Positions 29,309 to 38,698 of a stretch of 64,000 nucleotides of DNA are shown in pieces. Under the pieces are notes generated by a model. It saw nothing but the letters and a program-made list of their open reading frames with translations, was not told the DNA's origin and did no database searches. Numbering within the stretch: the first letter of the stretch is position 1; each line of letters begins with the position of its first letter. This DNA comes from Myxococcota bacterium (lineage in GTDB: Bacteria > Myxococcota_A > UBA9160 > UBA4427). Both the position numbers and the translations under genes were made by a program. The DNA is taken from positions 5,088,001 to 5,152,000 of the forward strand of contig OZ252299.1 in NCBI GenBank assembly GCA_965250285.1, given 5' to 3'.

Positions 29309-30142
29309 CTACGCGGGATCGCTGCGCCGGGGCAGCGCGTCGACGAAGTCGTCGATGGCCGCCGCGAGCGCCTCGGGGGTGTCGAGCAGCACGTGGTGGC
29401 CCGCGCCCGCGATCTCGCAGAGCCGGGCGCCGGGGATCTCTTCGACGAGCTTCTCGGCGCCTTCGCGTGACAGGATCCCGCTCTCCCCGCCGCGCACCAC
29501 GAGGGTCGGGCAGGCGATCTGGGCGGGGTCGGGTCGATCGCGCGGGGGCAGGGCGAACCAGGCCGGGTCGAACTTGTAGCCGTAGCGCCCGTCTTCCTCT
29601 TCGCGCACCGAGGCGGTCGCGATGGCCACGCGGAGCGCCTCGCTGCAGTGGTCGCTCGGGGGCAGGAACCGGAAGCGGTCGATCGCCTCTTCTCGCGAGC
29701 GATACGAGCGCTTGAGTCGCAGCGCCAGATGAGCCCTTCGCTTCGAACGAGGCCGGCCGCCGCGCGCGGGGTCGATCAGCACCGCTGCGCGCGTCTCGGG
29801 GTGCCGCGAGACGTGGTCGAGGGTGACGTGCGCTCCCATCGAGTGACCGACCAGAACGACGTCCCGCGCACCGATCCAGTCGAGCAGGGCCTCGAGATCG
29901 TCCTGAAACGCCCCCGCTTCGTGCTCCTCGGGATGTTCCGAGTCGCCGTGGCCACGAAAGTCGAGGGCCCAGACGCGGAATCGATCGGCGAAACGGGGCG
30001 CGAGATGATCCCACCAGTGTGCGTTTGCACCGCCCCCATGCAGCAACACCATCGGCGGAGACGCCGGGTCGCCCCAGGCACGAAGATGCAGCTCGACGCC
30101 GCCGAGCGCATCGGTGGTGAAGTGCTCGTCGATGGGTTCCAT
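29309..30142 (-). CDS. Alpha/beta fold hydrolase
   Basis: LLHGGG, DFRGHGDS, GHSMG nucleophile elbow, GAGHH. Confidence 0.92.
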   Translation of the reverse strand: MEPIDEHFTTDALGGVELHLRAWGDPASPPMVLLHGGGANAHWWDHLAPRFADRFRVWALDFRGHGDSEHPEEHEAGAFQDDLEALLDWIGARDVVLVGHSMGAHVTLDHVSRHPETRAAVLIDPARGGRPRSKRRAHLALRLKRSYRSREEAIDRFRFLPPSDHCSEALRVAIATASVREEEDGRYGYKFDPAWFALPPRDRPDPAQIACPTLVVRGGESGILSREGAEKLVEEIPGARLCEIAGAGHHVLLDTPEALAAAIDDFVDALPRRSDPA

Positions 30143-30451
30143 GCAGCCAAGGCTAGCAACGTGATCGCCGGCACCGAATCGGGACACGGGCGGCGCCGAT
30201 CAAAAAAGCGTTTTGCTGATACGAGCTTGCACCGAATCCCCGCAGTAGAGCACGAATGTCGAGATGGCCGAAATCGACCGCCTCGCGGCTTCTCGCGGCC
30301 GATCTCGACACCCTCCGAGCGTCGACGGCGCAGACGTTCGCGAACGCTGAATTCGAGATCGGCCGCGCGAGGCCCGCTAGCCCCCCGAATCCGGGGGTCT
30401 TGGGGAACGGCCGAATTCGGCACTTTCACGCCCTCTCGATGCGTTTTCCGA

Positions 30452-30479
30452 TTGACGACCCCCGCAGAACCCTTAATAT
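30452..30479 (+). promoter_or_regulatory. Putative sigma70 promoter of the histone gene
   Basis: TTGACG (30452-30457), 16 nt, TAATAT (30474-30479) in an AT-richer intergenic region. Confidence 0.6.
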
Positions 30480-30604
30480 CGGCGCGAATCGGGGTGCAGA
30501 AGGCATCTCGGTGGATTCAAACGAATTCGTCTTTTGGGGGATACGACGACCTCGGTCACTGCGACGAACGCAGGGCACGCAGGTCTTCGTTCAAGGGAGG
30601 GAAC

Positions 30605-30817
30605 ATGGCAGCCCGCAAGAAGAAGAAGGCCGCACGCCGCGGCAAGCCCGTCGAGCTCATCATCTCGAAGTCGCGCACCAAGGGTGCCGTCAAGAAGTGC
30701 AACGTCGGCGGTGACTTCTACGAAGCGCTCGACAAGGCGGTTCGCGAGCTGATCAAGGACGCCGAAGCGCGCGCCGTCGGCAACAAGCGCAAGACGCTGA
30801 AGGCCGTCGACCTCTAG
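30605..30817 (+). CDS. Bacterial histone-fold protein (70 aa) with basic N-terminal tail
   Basis: RBS AAGGGAGG before ATG 30605; MAARKKKKAARRGKP then ELIISKSRTK..NVGGDFYEALDKAVRELIKDAEARAVGNKRKTLKAVDL with histone RxTxxxxD end. Confidence 0.85.
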   Translation: MAARKKKKAARRGKPVELIISKSRTKGAVKKCNVGGDFYEALDKAVRELIKDAEARAVGNKRKTLKAVDL

Positions 30818-30890
30818 GTCGAATCTGCCGGCACGCGGCGCTCGTCGAGCGTCCGCAGAACGTCCGAGAGAATGTGAGAACGCAAGAATG

Positions 30891-30933
30891 AATGAAGGGC
30901 TCGCCAGCATCGCTGGCGGGCCCTTCTTCATTT
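30891..30933 (+). terminator. Intrinsic terminator downstream of the histone gene (possibly bidirectional)
   Basis: gaagggctcgccagc-atc-gctggcgggcccttc hairpin followed by ttcattt. Confidence 0.8.
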
Positions 30934-31037
30934 CGGGGCTGGCTCCGGCGCTCGAATCGTGCGGGGCGAGCGCCCAGCTTGCCTGACATCGAACGAGTCG
31001 ACGCAGGCGCCGCGGTCGTGCACCTCGGCGCCCAGAG

Positions 31038-32720
31038 TCAGTCGGGCTGCAGCTCGAGCTGACTGCCCGCGGTCAACGTCAGCTCGACCCGACTGGGTCG
31101 TTGCGCAGACGTGACCACCCATTGCTTCGAGACGACCGGCTCGTCGTCGTCGAGCGTCGGCGGCCGGGCGCGCGCGAACCGCGGGCAGTGGGCGGGCGCG
31201 ACGTGAATGCGCACGCGGTGGCCCGCGCGAAACCGCCACGTGCGGTGCCCGAGCGAGACGACGAGCTCATGTGGCTCGTCCTTCTGTGGCTCGTCCTTCG
31301 GTGTCGCGACGTCGTCGAGCCGCGCGAGGCCATCGCCAACTTCGAGGAGCGAGCCCCGCGGCGCGGCGTCGATCAGGTGCACCGCAAAGTCGGCCGGCGC
31401 TTGATCGGCGCCAACGAAGAGTCGCGCGACGACGGGGCCAGCCAGGACGACATCGCGCGCAAGGGGCGCGCTCTCGAGCACCGCGACGTCATCGCGCAGG
31501 GCGAGTCGCCCCTGATCCTTCGAACCGGCCTTCCAGCCGAAGAGCGCGCCGCCGATCGTGGGGGTCGGGTCGCTCGGGTCGTACTCGATCTCGACGCGTC
31601 CCGCGGCAGTGGCGGGCGCGGACACGAGGCGTGCCCGGTCGGTGCTCGCATCGAGATGGAGTGCGGCGGTGTGAGCGTCGGCGGGTGGCCAGGTCGGGCT
31701 GTCGCGCCACTCGCCGCGAGCACCGGGGTCGCAGACGAAGAATCGCACCGCGGGTGCGACGTTCGAGGGCGTGCGCTCGGCGAGGTGGGTGTCGAGATGC
31801 TCGACGATGCGACCGAGTGAACGTCGCTGCAGGCCGTCACGAAAGAAGCGGCGATGGGCGACCGGACCATGGCACCACGGACCGAGCAGCAGCTGCGGCG
31901 CCGCGCCGAGACCGGCGGCCGCCTGCGCGGTGAGCGCTGCGTGATCGTCGAGCTGGGGCTCGAGGAAGAAATCCCAGTAGCCGCCGATCAAGAGCGTCGG
32001 GGGCGCGCGCTCGGGGAGCGGCGCCTGCACGCGGTCCCAATAGTCGTCTCGCTTCGGGCGATCGACCCAGGTGCGGTAGAAGTCGACCTCGCAGCGCGCG
32101 ACGCGGTCGGCCTCGCGAACCGGCTCGAAGTCGAAGGCCCGGTCGAGGTCGAGCTGGCGCGCGTCGACGCCTTCGCGCCGACCGACGCCGGCCGCCCACT
32201 CGACGGCGTTGGCGAACGAGAACACGCCGTGCGGATAGAAGAGGGGGTAGAGATCGCTGCTGCCGATGGCGATCGCGAGGGCGCCGACGCGACCCGGGCG
32301 CAGCGCCGTCGCCGCCCAGGCACAGTGGGCGAGGTAGCTCGCACCGACGAGGCCGACCGGTCCATCGCTCCAGCTCTGGGTTTCGAGCCAGTCGAGCGTG
32401 GCGGCGCCGTCTTCGGCCTCGTTCACGAAGGGCTCGAACTCGCCCTCGCTGGCGTAGCGGCCGCGCACGTCCTGCAGCACGACGTGAAAGCCATACTCGG
32501 CGAGCAGTCGGCCGAGCCAGACGAGCGTCGGCGGACGAATCCAGGTGCCGTACGGCGAACGCAGCACGACCGTGGGCGCGCGCCCTTCGATGCCGATCGG
32601 CCACACGTGTGTCGTGGCCAGTCGGACGCCATCGGGCAGCTCGACGGCGATCGACTCGACGTCGCTTCGACACCGGGGCCGCGGCAGCCCGAGGACGCGG
32701 CGCATCCAGCGGTGGATCAT
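31038..32720 (-). CDS. CocE/NonD-family serine hydrolase
   Basis: DGVRLAT, RSPY, QDVRGRYASEG, GASY nucleophile, GGYWD, LGPWCH, YDPSDPTPTIGG. Confidence 0.9.
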   Translation of the reverse strand: MIHRWMRRVLGLPRPRCRSDVESIAVELPDGVRLATTHVWPIGIEGRAPTVVLRSPYGTWIRPPTLVWLGRLLAEYGFHVVLQDVRGRYASEGEFEPFVNEAEDGAATLDWLETQSWSDGPVGLVGASYLAHCAWAATALRPGRVGALAIAIGSSDLYPLFYPHGVFSFANAVEWAAGVGRREGVDARQLDLDRAFDFEPVREADRVARCEVDFYRTWVDRPKRDDYWDRVQAPLPERAPPTLLIGGYWDFFLEPQLDDHAALTAQAAAGLGAAPQLLLGPWCHGPVAHRRFFRDGLQRRSLGRIVEHLDTHLAERTPSNVAPAVRFFVCDPGARGEWRDSPTWPPADAHTAALHLDASTDRARLVSAPATAAGRVEIEYDPSDPTPTIGGALFGWKAGSKDQGRLALRDDVAVLESAPLARDVVLAGPVVARLFVGADQAPADFAVHLIDAAPRGSLLEVGDGLARLDDVATPKDEPQKDEPHELVVSLGHRTWRFRAGHRVRIHVAPAHCPRFARARPPTLDDDEPVVSKQWVVTSAQRPSRVELTLTAGSQLELQPD

Positions 32721-33928
32721 GCGTCGGTCGACGGCGCACCGTCTTCGCTGTCGTCGGTTTCGTCGTCGTCCACAGCGATCGGGCGCGGGCGTTCGTTCTC
32801 GTCGGATACGTTGACGCCGACGCGAAAGAGTCGCTCGAGCGATACCCGCCGCAGCAGATCGGCGGCGGGCATCGACGTGATGCGCGCGATCTCTTCGAGA
32901 CCGAGCGATGCGACGCGGGCCGCCTTCTCGATGGTCGAGGGCAGGGTCTCGGCGTCGCTCAGCTCGAGGCGATCGGCCACGGCGACGCGGTTCGCCAGCG
33001 CGATGAAGGCGTAGAAGAAGCCCTGCCGCTCGTCGACGTCGAGCTCGGCCACGGTGCGGAACAGCAGCGAGCCCGCCTGCGCGCTCGCGGGCAGGTCGGT
33101 GATCCAGACCGGCATCGCCCAGCGCTCGAGGTCGAGCGCCGACGCGTCGACCGGCAGGTCGCCGAAGCGGTCGCTGCGCAGGAAGCCATAGATGCGCATC
33201 GACTCGTCCCAGCTGGGGAAGCCGAGATCTTCGAGCCGGCCGGTGCGCCAGCGCAGCGACCACTCCTCGAGATCGAAGGGCAGCTCGTGCTCGGCGGCCT
33301 GCAGCAGTCGGAAGTACAGCCAGTAGTCGTGCTGGAAGAGCGTGCGCAGCATCGCGAGCAGGGGCTCGAGATCGTCGTTCTCATCGCGCGCGACGATGTA
33401 GAACTGCCCGTCGATCGTCTGGCCGCCTTCGGGTGCCTGCCAGTCGTCGTCGGTGCCGGCCGGCTTGAGGTCGACCGTCACGTGGTGCTTCACGTAGAGC
33501 GCGATCAGCTCGCTGTCGATCGCGCGGGCGGAGCGCAGGATCGTCTCGGACCCCGCTTCGGCGAGACTCGCAAACCACAAGTCGAGCCTGGCCGGGCTCG
33601 GCCGCAGGTCTTCGAAGGCATCGAGGTCGACACAGGCCACGATCTGATGCTCGGTCGCGTGACTCAGCAGCCACGCCGCATCCTCGACGCCGATCGCCTT
33701 GCAGGTGAAGCACAGCTCGGCTTCGGGCAGCAGCGGGACGATCTGCTCGGGGTGCGAGACGAGATCGAGGAGCGCGCGGCGCTGCGCGATCGGTGCCTCG
33801 CACACGACCGCGGCCTGCGCCTCGGCCTCGAGGTCGTCGAGCAGCGTGCGGGCCGCCGCACGGTCTTCGCGCGCGAGCTTCAGCAGCGCGCGCACGTCGG
33901 GCAGGAGTGTGTCGGGAGCATTGGACAT
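32717..33928 (-). CDS. DUF6178-like conserved protein
   Basis: ACVDLDAF, TIDGQF, LEEWSLRWRTGRLEDLGFP, ALANRVAVAD, LFRVG recalled as typical of this family. Confidence 0.7.
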   Translation of the reverse strand: MSNAPDTLLPDVRALLKLAREDRAAARTLLDDLEAEAQAAVVCEAPIAQRRALLDLVSHPEQIVPLLPEAELCFTCKAIGVEDAAWLLSHATEHQIVACVDLDAFEDLRPSPARLDLWFASLAEAGSETILRSARAIDSELIALYVKHHVTVDLKPAGTDDDWQAPEGGQTIDGQFYIVARDENDDLEPLLAMLRTLFQHDYWLYFRLLQAAEHELPFDLEEWSLRWRTGRLEDLGFPSWDESMRIYGFLRSDRFGDLPVDASALDLERWAMPVWITDLPASAQAGSLLFRTVAELDVDERQGFFYAFIALANRVAVADRLELSDAETLPSTIEKAARVASLGLEEIARITSMPAADLLRRVSLERLFRVGVNVSDENERPRPIAVDDDETDDSEDGAPSTDA

Positions 33929-34046
33929 GGCGGGCCCTTCAAGATGCCGAAAACCACGCGGAGGTGCCCCTGCGTCCGAATCGCCGGCCGTCGCGCCCGC
34001 CAGCGCCACCAGGACGTCGTGGGCCCCGCGCTATGGTCGATGGGCG

Positions 34047-34685
34047 ATGATCGAGATGGATGACATCCGAAGACGCCTGGCGGACTTCGACTCGGAGGAG
34101 ATCGACACGACCGGTCGGCGCCAGGCGGGCGTAGCGCTGATCCTGCGTGAGCGCGACGCCGGCCCCGAGGTGCTCTTCATCGAGCGGGCGCGGCGGGCCG
34201 GCGATCCATGGTCGGGACACATGGCGTTTCCCGGCGGCCGGCTCGAGCCCCAGGATGAGCACATCCGGGCGACGGCAGAGCGCGAGACCACCGAGGAGAT
34301 CGGGCTCTCGCTCGAGACGGCCGATCATCTGGGCCATTTGGGCGACGTGCTCGGCAATCCCCGGGTCCAGACCGATCTGGTGATCAGCGCCCACGTCTAC
34401 CAGGTCGAGCCCGAGGTGCCGCCGCTCGTACTCGAGGCGAGCGAGGTCGCCGCGGCGCTGTGGTTTCCCGTGGCCGATCTGCATGATCCGGCCCGCCACG
34501 TGCACTTCGCGACGCCGCCGCTCGAGCGCTTACGTTTTCCGGGGATCGAGGTCGGTGTGCCCGAGCGGCAGGTCGTCTGGGGCCTGACTTACCGATTTCT
34601 CGACATCTTCTTCGATGCGCTCGGTCGACCTCTCCCCGATCGCTGGGGCGAATTGAACCGCCGCCAGGAGCGGTTTCGGTCGTAG
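34047..34685 (+). CDS. Nudix hydrolase, CoA pyrophosphatase type
   Basis: VLFIERA..GDPWSGHMAFPGG, TAERETTEEIG Nudix box, VWGLTY. Confidence 0.92.
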   Translation: MIEMDDIRRRLADFDSEEIDTTGRRQAGVALILRERDAGPEVLFIERARRAGDPWSGHMAFPGGRLEPQDEHIRATAERETTEEIGLSLETADHLGHLGDVLGNPRVQTDLVISAHVYQVEPEVPPLVLEASEVAAALWFPVADLHDPARHVHFATPPLERLRFPGIEVGVPERQVVWGLTYRFLDIFFDALGRPLPDRWGELNRRQERFRS

Positions 34686-34913
34686 GGCCGCGGATGCTCG
34701 GCGTGGCCCGCGACGCTTTTCTTGGGCCGCGGCTCTTCTCTTGGGCCGCGACGCTTCGTGTGGCCCGCGGCGCTTTTCTTGGGCCGCGGCGCTTCGTGTG
34801 GCCCGCCGCGATTTCTTTGGGCCCGCGGCGCTTCGTGTGGCCCGCCGCGATTTCTTTGGGCCCGCGGTGCTTCGTGTGGCGCGCGGCGGTTTCTTTGGGC
34901 CCGCGGTGCTTCG
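34686..34913. repeat. Degenerate palindromic tandem array (19-20-bp subunits, about 39-bp period) between convergent genes
   Basis: cttcg recurs at 34754, 34792, 34831, 34870, 34909; alternating gggccgcggcgcttcgtgt and ggcccgccgcgatttcttt. Confidence 0.88.
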
Positions 34914-34927
34914 ACGCGGGGGTGGCC

Positions 34928-35608
34928 TCAGCTCGAGATCGGTCGACCGGCGACGACCGACAGCGCGAGGCCCACCTGACCGGCGTAGTAGAGCGGCAGC
35001 CCCCAGAGACTGCTCGCGGGGGATGGGTCGACGAACTGGCGTCGCGCGACCGCGAGGTCGGAGACGCAGAAGAGCGTCGCCCCCAGCGCGATCGCGATCC
35101 CGCCCGAGCCGGGCTCGAAGCCGACCGCGAAGCTCGCCCCCATCGCGAGCGACTCCATCACCGAGATCACGACCACGTACGCGATCACGGGCCCGACCAT
35201 GTCCGGCGGGAGATGGGGCCGGAGCCAGCGCCAGACCCAGAACGCCACCGGTACCAGGACGGCGATCGCAACGCCGACGGGTCGGCCCGCGATGCCGAGC
35301 GCGAGGAACGCCGCCGCGTAGGCGACGTGGCCGAGCAGAAAGCTGCCGAGACCGGCGAGAAAGAACCGGGGCTGGTCGCCGGCCAGCAGGAAGACGTCGC
35401 CGAAGAAGCTCAGCACGAGTCCCGCGAAGATCAGGGGCCCGTACGTGTGACCGGGCTCGAGCGCGCCCATCCACACGGCCAGGACGAGAAAACCCACGCT
35501 GGCCAAGGGCTTGAAGACGATGCTGCCGCCGCGCAGATCCCTCATCTCGCTGATCACCAGCCCGGCTACGAGGGCGGCGATCAAGCCGATCGCGATCAGC
35601 CCGGTCAT
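34928..35608 (-). CDS. YhhN-family lysoplasmalogenase-like membrane protein
   Basis: FKPLAS, GLVLSFFGDVFL, GLGSFLLGHVAY, LFCVSDLAVA, LYYAGQ. Confidence 0.9.
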   Translation of the reverse strand: MTGLIAIGLIAALVAGLVISEMRDLRGGSIVFKPLASVGFLVLAVWMGALEPGHTYGPLIFAGLVLSFFGDVFLLAGDQPRFFLAGLGSFLLGHVAYAAAFLALGIAGRPVGVAIAVLVPVAFWVWRWLRPHLPPDMVGPVIAYVVVISVMESLAMGASFAVGFEPGSGGIAIALGATLFCVSDLAVARRQFVDPSPASSLWGLPLYYAGQVGLALSVVAGRPISS

Positions 35609-35790
35609 GATTCGGACGCACGCTCTTCGCGTTCGGCTCGCGTGGGCTCGAAGCCGGTGCATCGGGCGACCGGGAGCGGCGGGTAGCGCGGATACCGCTC
35701 GTCTTCGTCGGCCCGGGCGCAGCGGTGGAACGTGCTGCCCTTCGCGCTGCGGTGGACGAGGCGGTGTGTACACGCGTGGCAGAGGCCCAC
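35605..35790 (-). CDS. Small Cys-rich putative metal-binding protein
   Basis: VGLCHACTH...FHRC...YPRYPPLPVARCTGFE; stop overlaps the YhhN ATG; start uncertain (GTG 35790 or upstream). Confidence 0.5.
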   Translation of the reverse strand: MGLCHACTHRLVHRSAKGSTFHRCARADEDERYPRYPPLPVARCTGFEPTRAEREERASES

Positions 35791-36013
35791 GGTGTGTCTT
35801 TCTTCAGCGTCGCTTTCGCCGGACGAGATCGCCGTTGCCTCCGGGGCGGGGTCGGGGGAGTCTATCGCGGTCGCGGTGCGGCGCGGTCGCGCGCCCGGCG
35901 GATGGCCGTGACCCGAAGCCGCGACGGGGCTCGGCTGAATGAACGCCGCAGCGGCCCGAGATCGAACGAGAGAAGTCGAGACGCAAGAGAAAAAGAAGGA
36001 GTCCACCTCCGGC

Positions 36014-36901
36014 ATGTCTGACGACGCGTCCCCGTTTCGCCGCCGCCTCGAGCGGATCGCCGAGCTCGCCGAACGAGCCCTCGGCGAGTGGCTCGGCGCA
36101 GCGCCCCCGGCCGAGCTCTTCGCGGCGCATCACGCCTTTCGCTGGGAGGCAGATCGCGGGGCGGGTCGGCTCGTGCCGATCGACCGGCCGGCGAAGTTCG
36201 ATCTCGACGACCTGATCGGGGTCGACGCGGCCGTCGAACGCTTCGACCGCAATACGCGGCAGTTTCTGGCCGGGCTGCCGTGCAACGATGTCCTGCTCTA
36301 CGGCGAGCGGGGCACGGGCAAGTCTTCGTCGGTGCGGGGGGTGCTGGCGCGGTACGGTGATCGCGGTCTGCGCGTCGTCGAGGTCGATCGGCGCGACCTC
36401 GTCCACCTGCCGAAGATCCTGCGGGCGCTGCGGGGCGGCGCCGACTATCGCTTCATCGTCTTCTGCGACGACCTGTCTTTCGGTCCGCGAGAAGCGGGCT
36501 ACCGCGAGCTGAAGGCCGCGCTCGAGGGCAGCCTCGAGGCACCGGCGGGCAACATCTGCATCGTCGCGACGAGCAACCGCCGCCATCTCGTGCCCGAGAC
36601 GATGGCCGAGAACCGCGAGGCCCGGGTCGACGCCGAGGGCGAGCTGCACCTCGGTGAGGCCCTCGAGGAGAAGCTCGCGCTGGCAGATCGATTCGGCCTG
36701 CGGCTCGGCTTCTTCAACTTCGATCAGACGACCTACCTCGAGATCGTCTCACACTACCTGGCCCAGGCGGGGTTCCCGACGCTCGACGACGAGGTGCGGC
36801 GCGACGCGCTGCGCTGGGCGCTCGAGCGCGGCAGTCGGTCGGGACGCACGGCCCGCCAGTTCGTGGATGACGTCGTGGGGCGTCGCGCGCTCGGCGACTG
36901 A
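36014..36901 (+). CDS. DUF815-family AAA+ ATP-binding protein
   Basis: LLYGERGTGKSS, FIVFCDDLSF, ATSNRRHL, EEKLALADRFGL, RSGRTARQF. Confidence 0.92.
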   Translation: MSDDASPFRRRLERIAELAERALGEWLGAAPPAELFAAHHAFRWEADRGAGRLVPIDRPAKFDLDDLIGVDAAVERFDRNTRQFLAGLPCNDVLLYGERGTGKSSSVRGVLARYGDRGLRVVEVDRRDLVHLPKILRALRGGADYRFIVFCDDLSFGPREAGYRELKAALEGSLEAPAGNICIVATSNRRHLVPETMAENREARVDAEGELHLGEALEEKLALADRFGLRLGFFNFDQTTYLEIVSHYLAQAGFPTLDDEVRRDALRWALERGSRSGRTARQFVDDVVGRRALGD

Positions 36902-36987
36902 CGCGCCTGGCAGGTCCGACTCGGGCCGGGCCTTTCGGCGGCGCGGTTCGCGCGGCTTCGATGGCTTGGGCTGACTTCGGCCCGGGC

Positions 36988-38172
36988 TCAGATGACGTCG
37001 AGCTCGCGTCCGACCTTCTTGATGGCGGCGAGCGACTGGTCGAGGTGCTCGCGGTTGTGCGTCGCCATGTACGAGGTGCGAATCATCGCCTGCCCGGGCG
37101 GGACCGCGGGGGTCACGATCGGGTTCACGAACACGCCCTCCTCGAGCAGCCGCTTCGACATCGCGAAGGTCGTGATGTCGTCGCCCACGGCGATCGGGAT
37201 CACCGGCGACTCAGACGGACCGGTGTCGAAACCGAGCGTCTGCAGCTCGCGCATCATGTAGTCGGTGGTCTCCCAGAGCCGCTTTCGCCGCTCGGGCTCG
37301 TTCTCGAGGATGTCGATGGCCTTGACCACCGCCGCAGCGGCCGACGGCGGCATCGCCGCCGAGAAGATCCCCGAGCGGGCGTGGTGCCGGATGTAGTCGA
37401 TCACCGGGGCGCTGCCTGCGATGAAGCCGCCGACGGTGGCCAGCGACTTCGAGAAGGTGCCGCCGATCAGGTCGACCTTCTCCTCGAGCCCGAAGTGCTC
37501 TGCGACGCCGCGACCGTGCGTGCCGAACACGCCGACGCCGTGCGCGTCGTCGACGAACACGCGGGCGCCGTAGTCGCGGGCGAGGCGCGTGATCTCGGGC
37601 AGGTTGGCGATGTCGCCTTCCATCGAGAAGACGCCGTCGACGACGATCAGCTTGCCCTTCTTGTCGTCGATGCGGGCGAGCTTGGCCTCGAGGTCGGCCA
37701 TGTCGTTGTGGCGGTACTTCAGGGTCTTGCAGAAGCCCAGGCGCACGCCGTCGATGATCGAGGCGTGATCCATGTTGTCGAGCACGGCGACGTCGTGGCG
37801 GCCGAGCAGGCACGACAGCACGCCCAGGTTCACCTGGTAGCCGGTCGAGAACGTCAGCACGGCTTCGGCGTTCATGAAGCGCGAAAGGCGCTCTTCGAGC
37901 TCGACGTGCAGGTCGAGGGTGCCGTTTAAGAAACGCGAGCCGGCACAGCCGGTGCCGTATTTCCGCAACGCTTCGGCCGAAGCCTCCTTGACGGCTTCGT
38001 GGTTCGTCAGCCCGAGATAGTTGTTCGAGCCGAGCATGATCACCTTCTGCCCGTTGATCGTGACCACCGGGTCCTGGGGCGAGGAGATCGTGCGGAAATA
38101 CGGGTACAGCGACGCGGCCCGCAGCTCGCGGTGAAGCGTGTAGTCGGTGCACTTTTGCAGAATGTCGGCCAT
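36988..38172 (-). CDS. spt: Alpha-oxoamine synthase, probably serine palmitoyltransferase
   Basis: LYPYFR, GSNNYLGL, GTGCAGSRFLNGT, HASIIDG, DDAHG, PLP-Lys motif GTFSKSL. Confidence 0.75.
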   Translation of the reverse strand: MADILQKCTDYTLHRELRAASLYPYFRTISSPQDPVVTINGQKVIMLGSNNYLGLTNHEAVKEASAEALRKYGTGCAGSRFLNGTLDLHVELEERLSRFMNAEAVLTFSTGYQVNLGVLSCLLGRHDVAVLDNMDHASIIDGVRLGFCKTLKYRHNDMADLEAKLARIDDKKGKLIVVDGVFSMEGDIANLPEITRLARDYGARVFVDDAHGVGVFGTHGRGVAEHFGLEEKVDLIGGTFSKSLATVGGFIAGSAPVIDYIRHHARSGIFSAAMPPSAAAAVVKAIDILENEPERRKRLWETTDYMMRELQTLGFDTGPSESPVIPIAVGDDITTFAMSKRLLEEGVFVNPIVTPAVPPGQAMIRTSYMATHNREHLDQSLAAIKKVGRELDVI

Positions 38173-38698
38173 CTCGGGCTACCTCCAGGGACACGGTCCC
38201 CGTTCGTTCGCAGCACGCACTGCGCGCGGCTAACGACCGGTGGGTCGGGTCTCTCCGATCGGGATCGCTGCGGCGTGCGAGTGATTGCGCGTGGGCATCT
38301 GGTCTCGAACCTCGAAGCCGCCTGGTCAGCGATCGATCTGTTGGGGGGAGCGCGTTGGGAGCGAGGGGGCTCCGCATGCGCGGCGAAGGTTACCCCAGCG
38401 AAAAGTGGACCGTCATCACAATTCAACCGGTGGATACCCCTCGGGGAATATCAGAACCGATTCGCAACAGATCGCGGATCGCGCCGACACCCGGCCTCTC
38501 GTCCCGCTGAGCTCGTCCTCAACTGGCGATTTCGGGCTTCGAGTCTGATTCTTTCAGTTTGCCCCCTGGCTCACCGCTACCGTTGCCACTGCCATGAGAC
38601 TGCAAGCCCCGAAAGTCCGGCGGACGTGCGGATGCCAGCCCACCCCGGGTTACGCATCCCGCACGACCGTATCGACGCGGCGACGACGAGAGAGTGAG

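Noticed and set aside
29648..30604. 389-aa ORF 29648-30817 as one protein
   Set aside because: The upstream part is antisense to a hydrolase or non-coding; the RBS and recognisable fold begin at 30605
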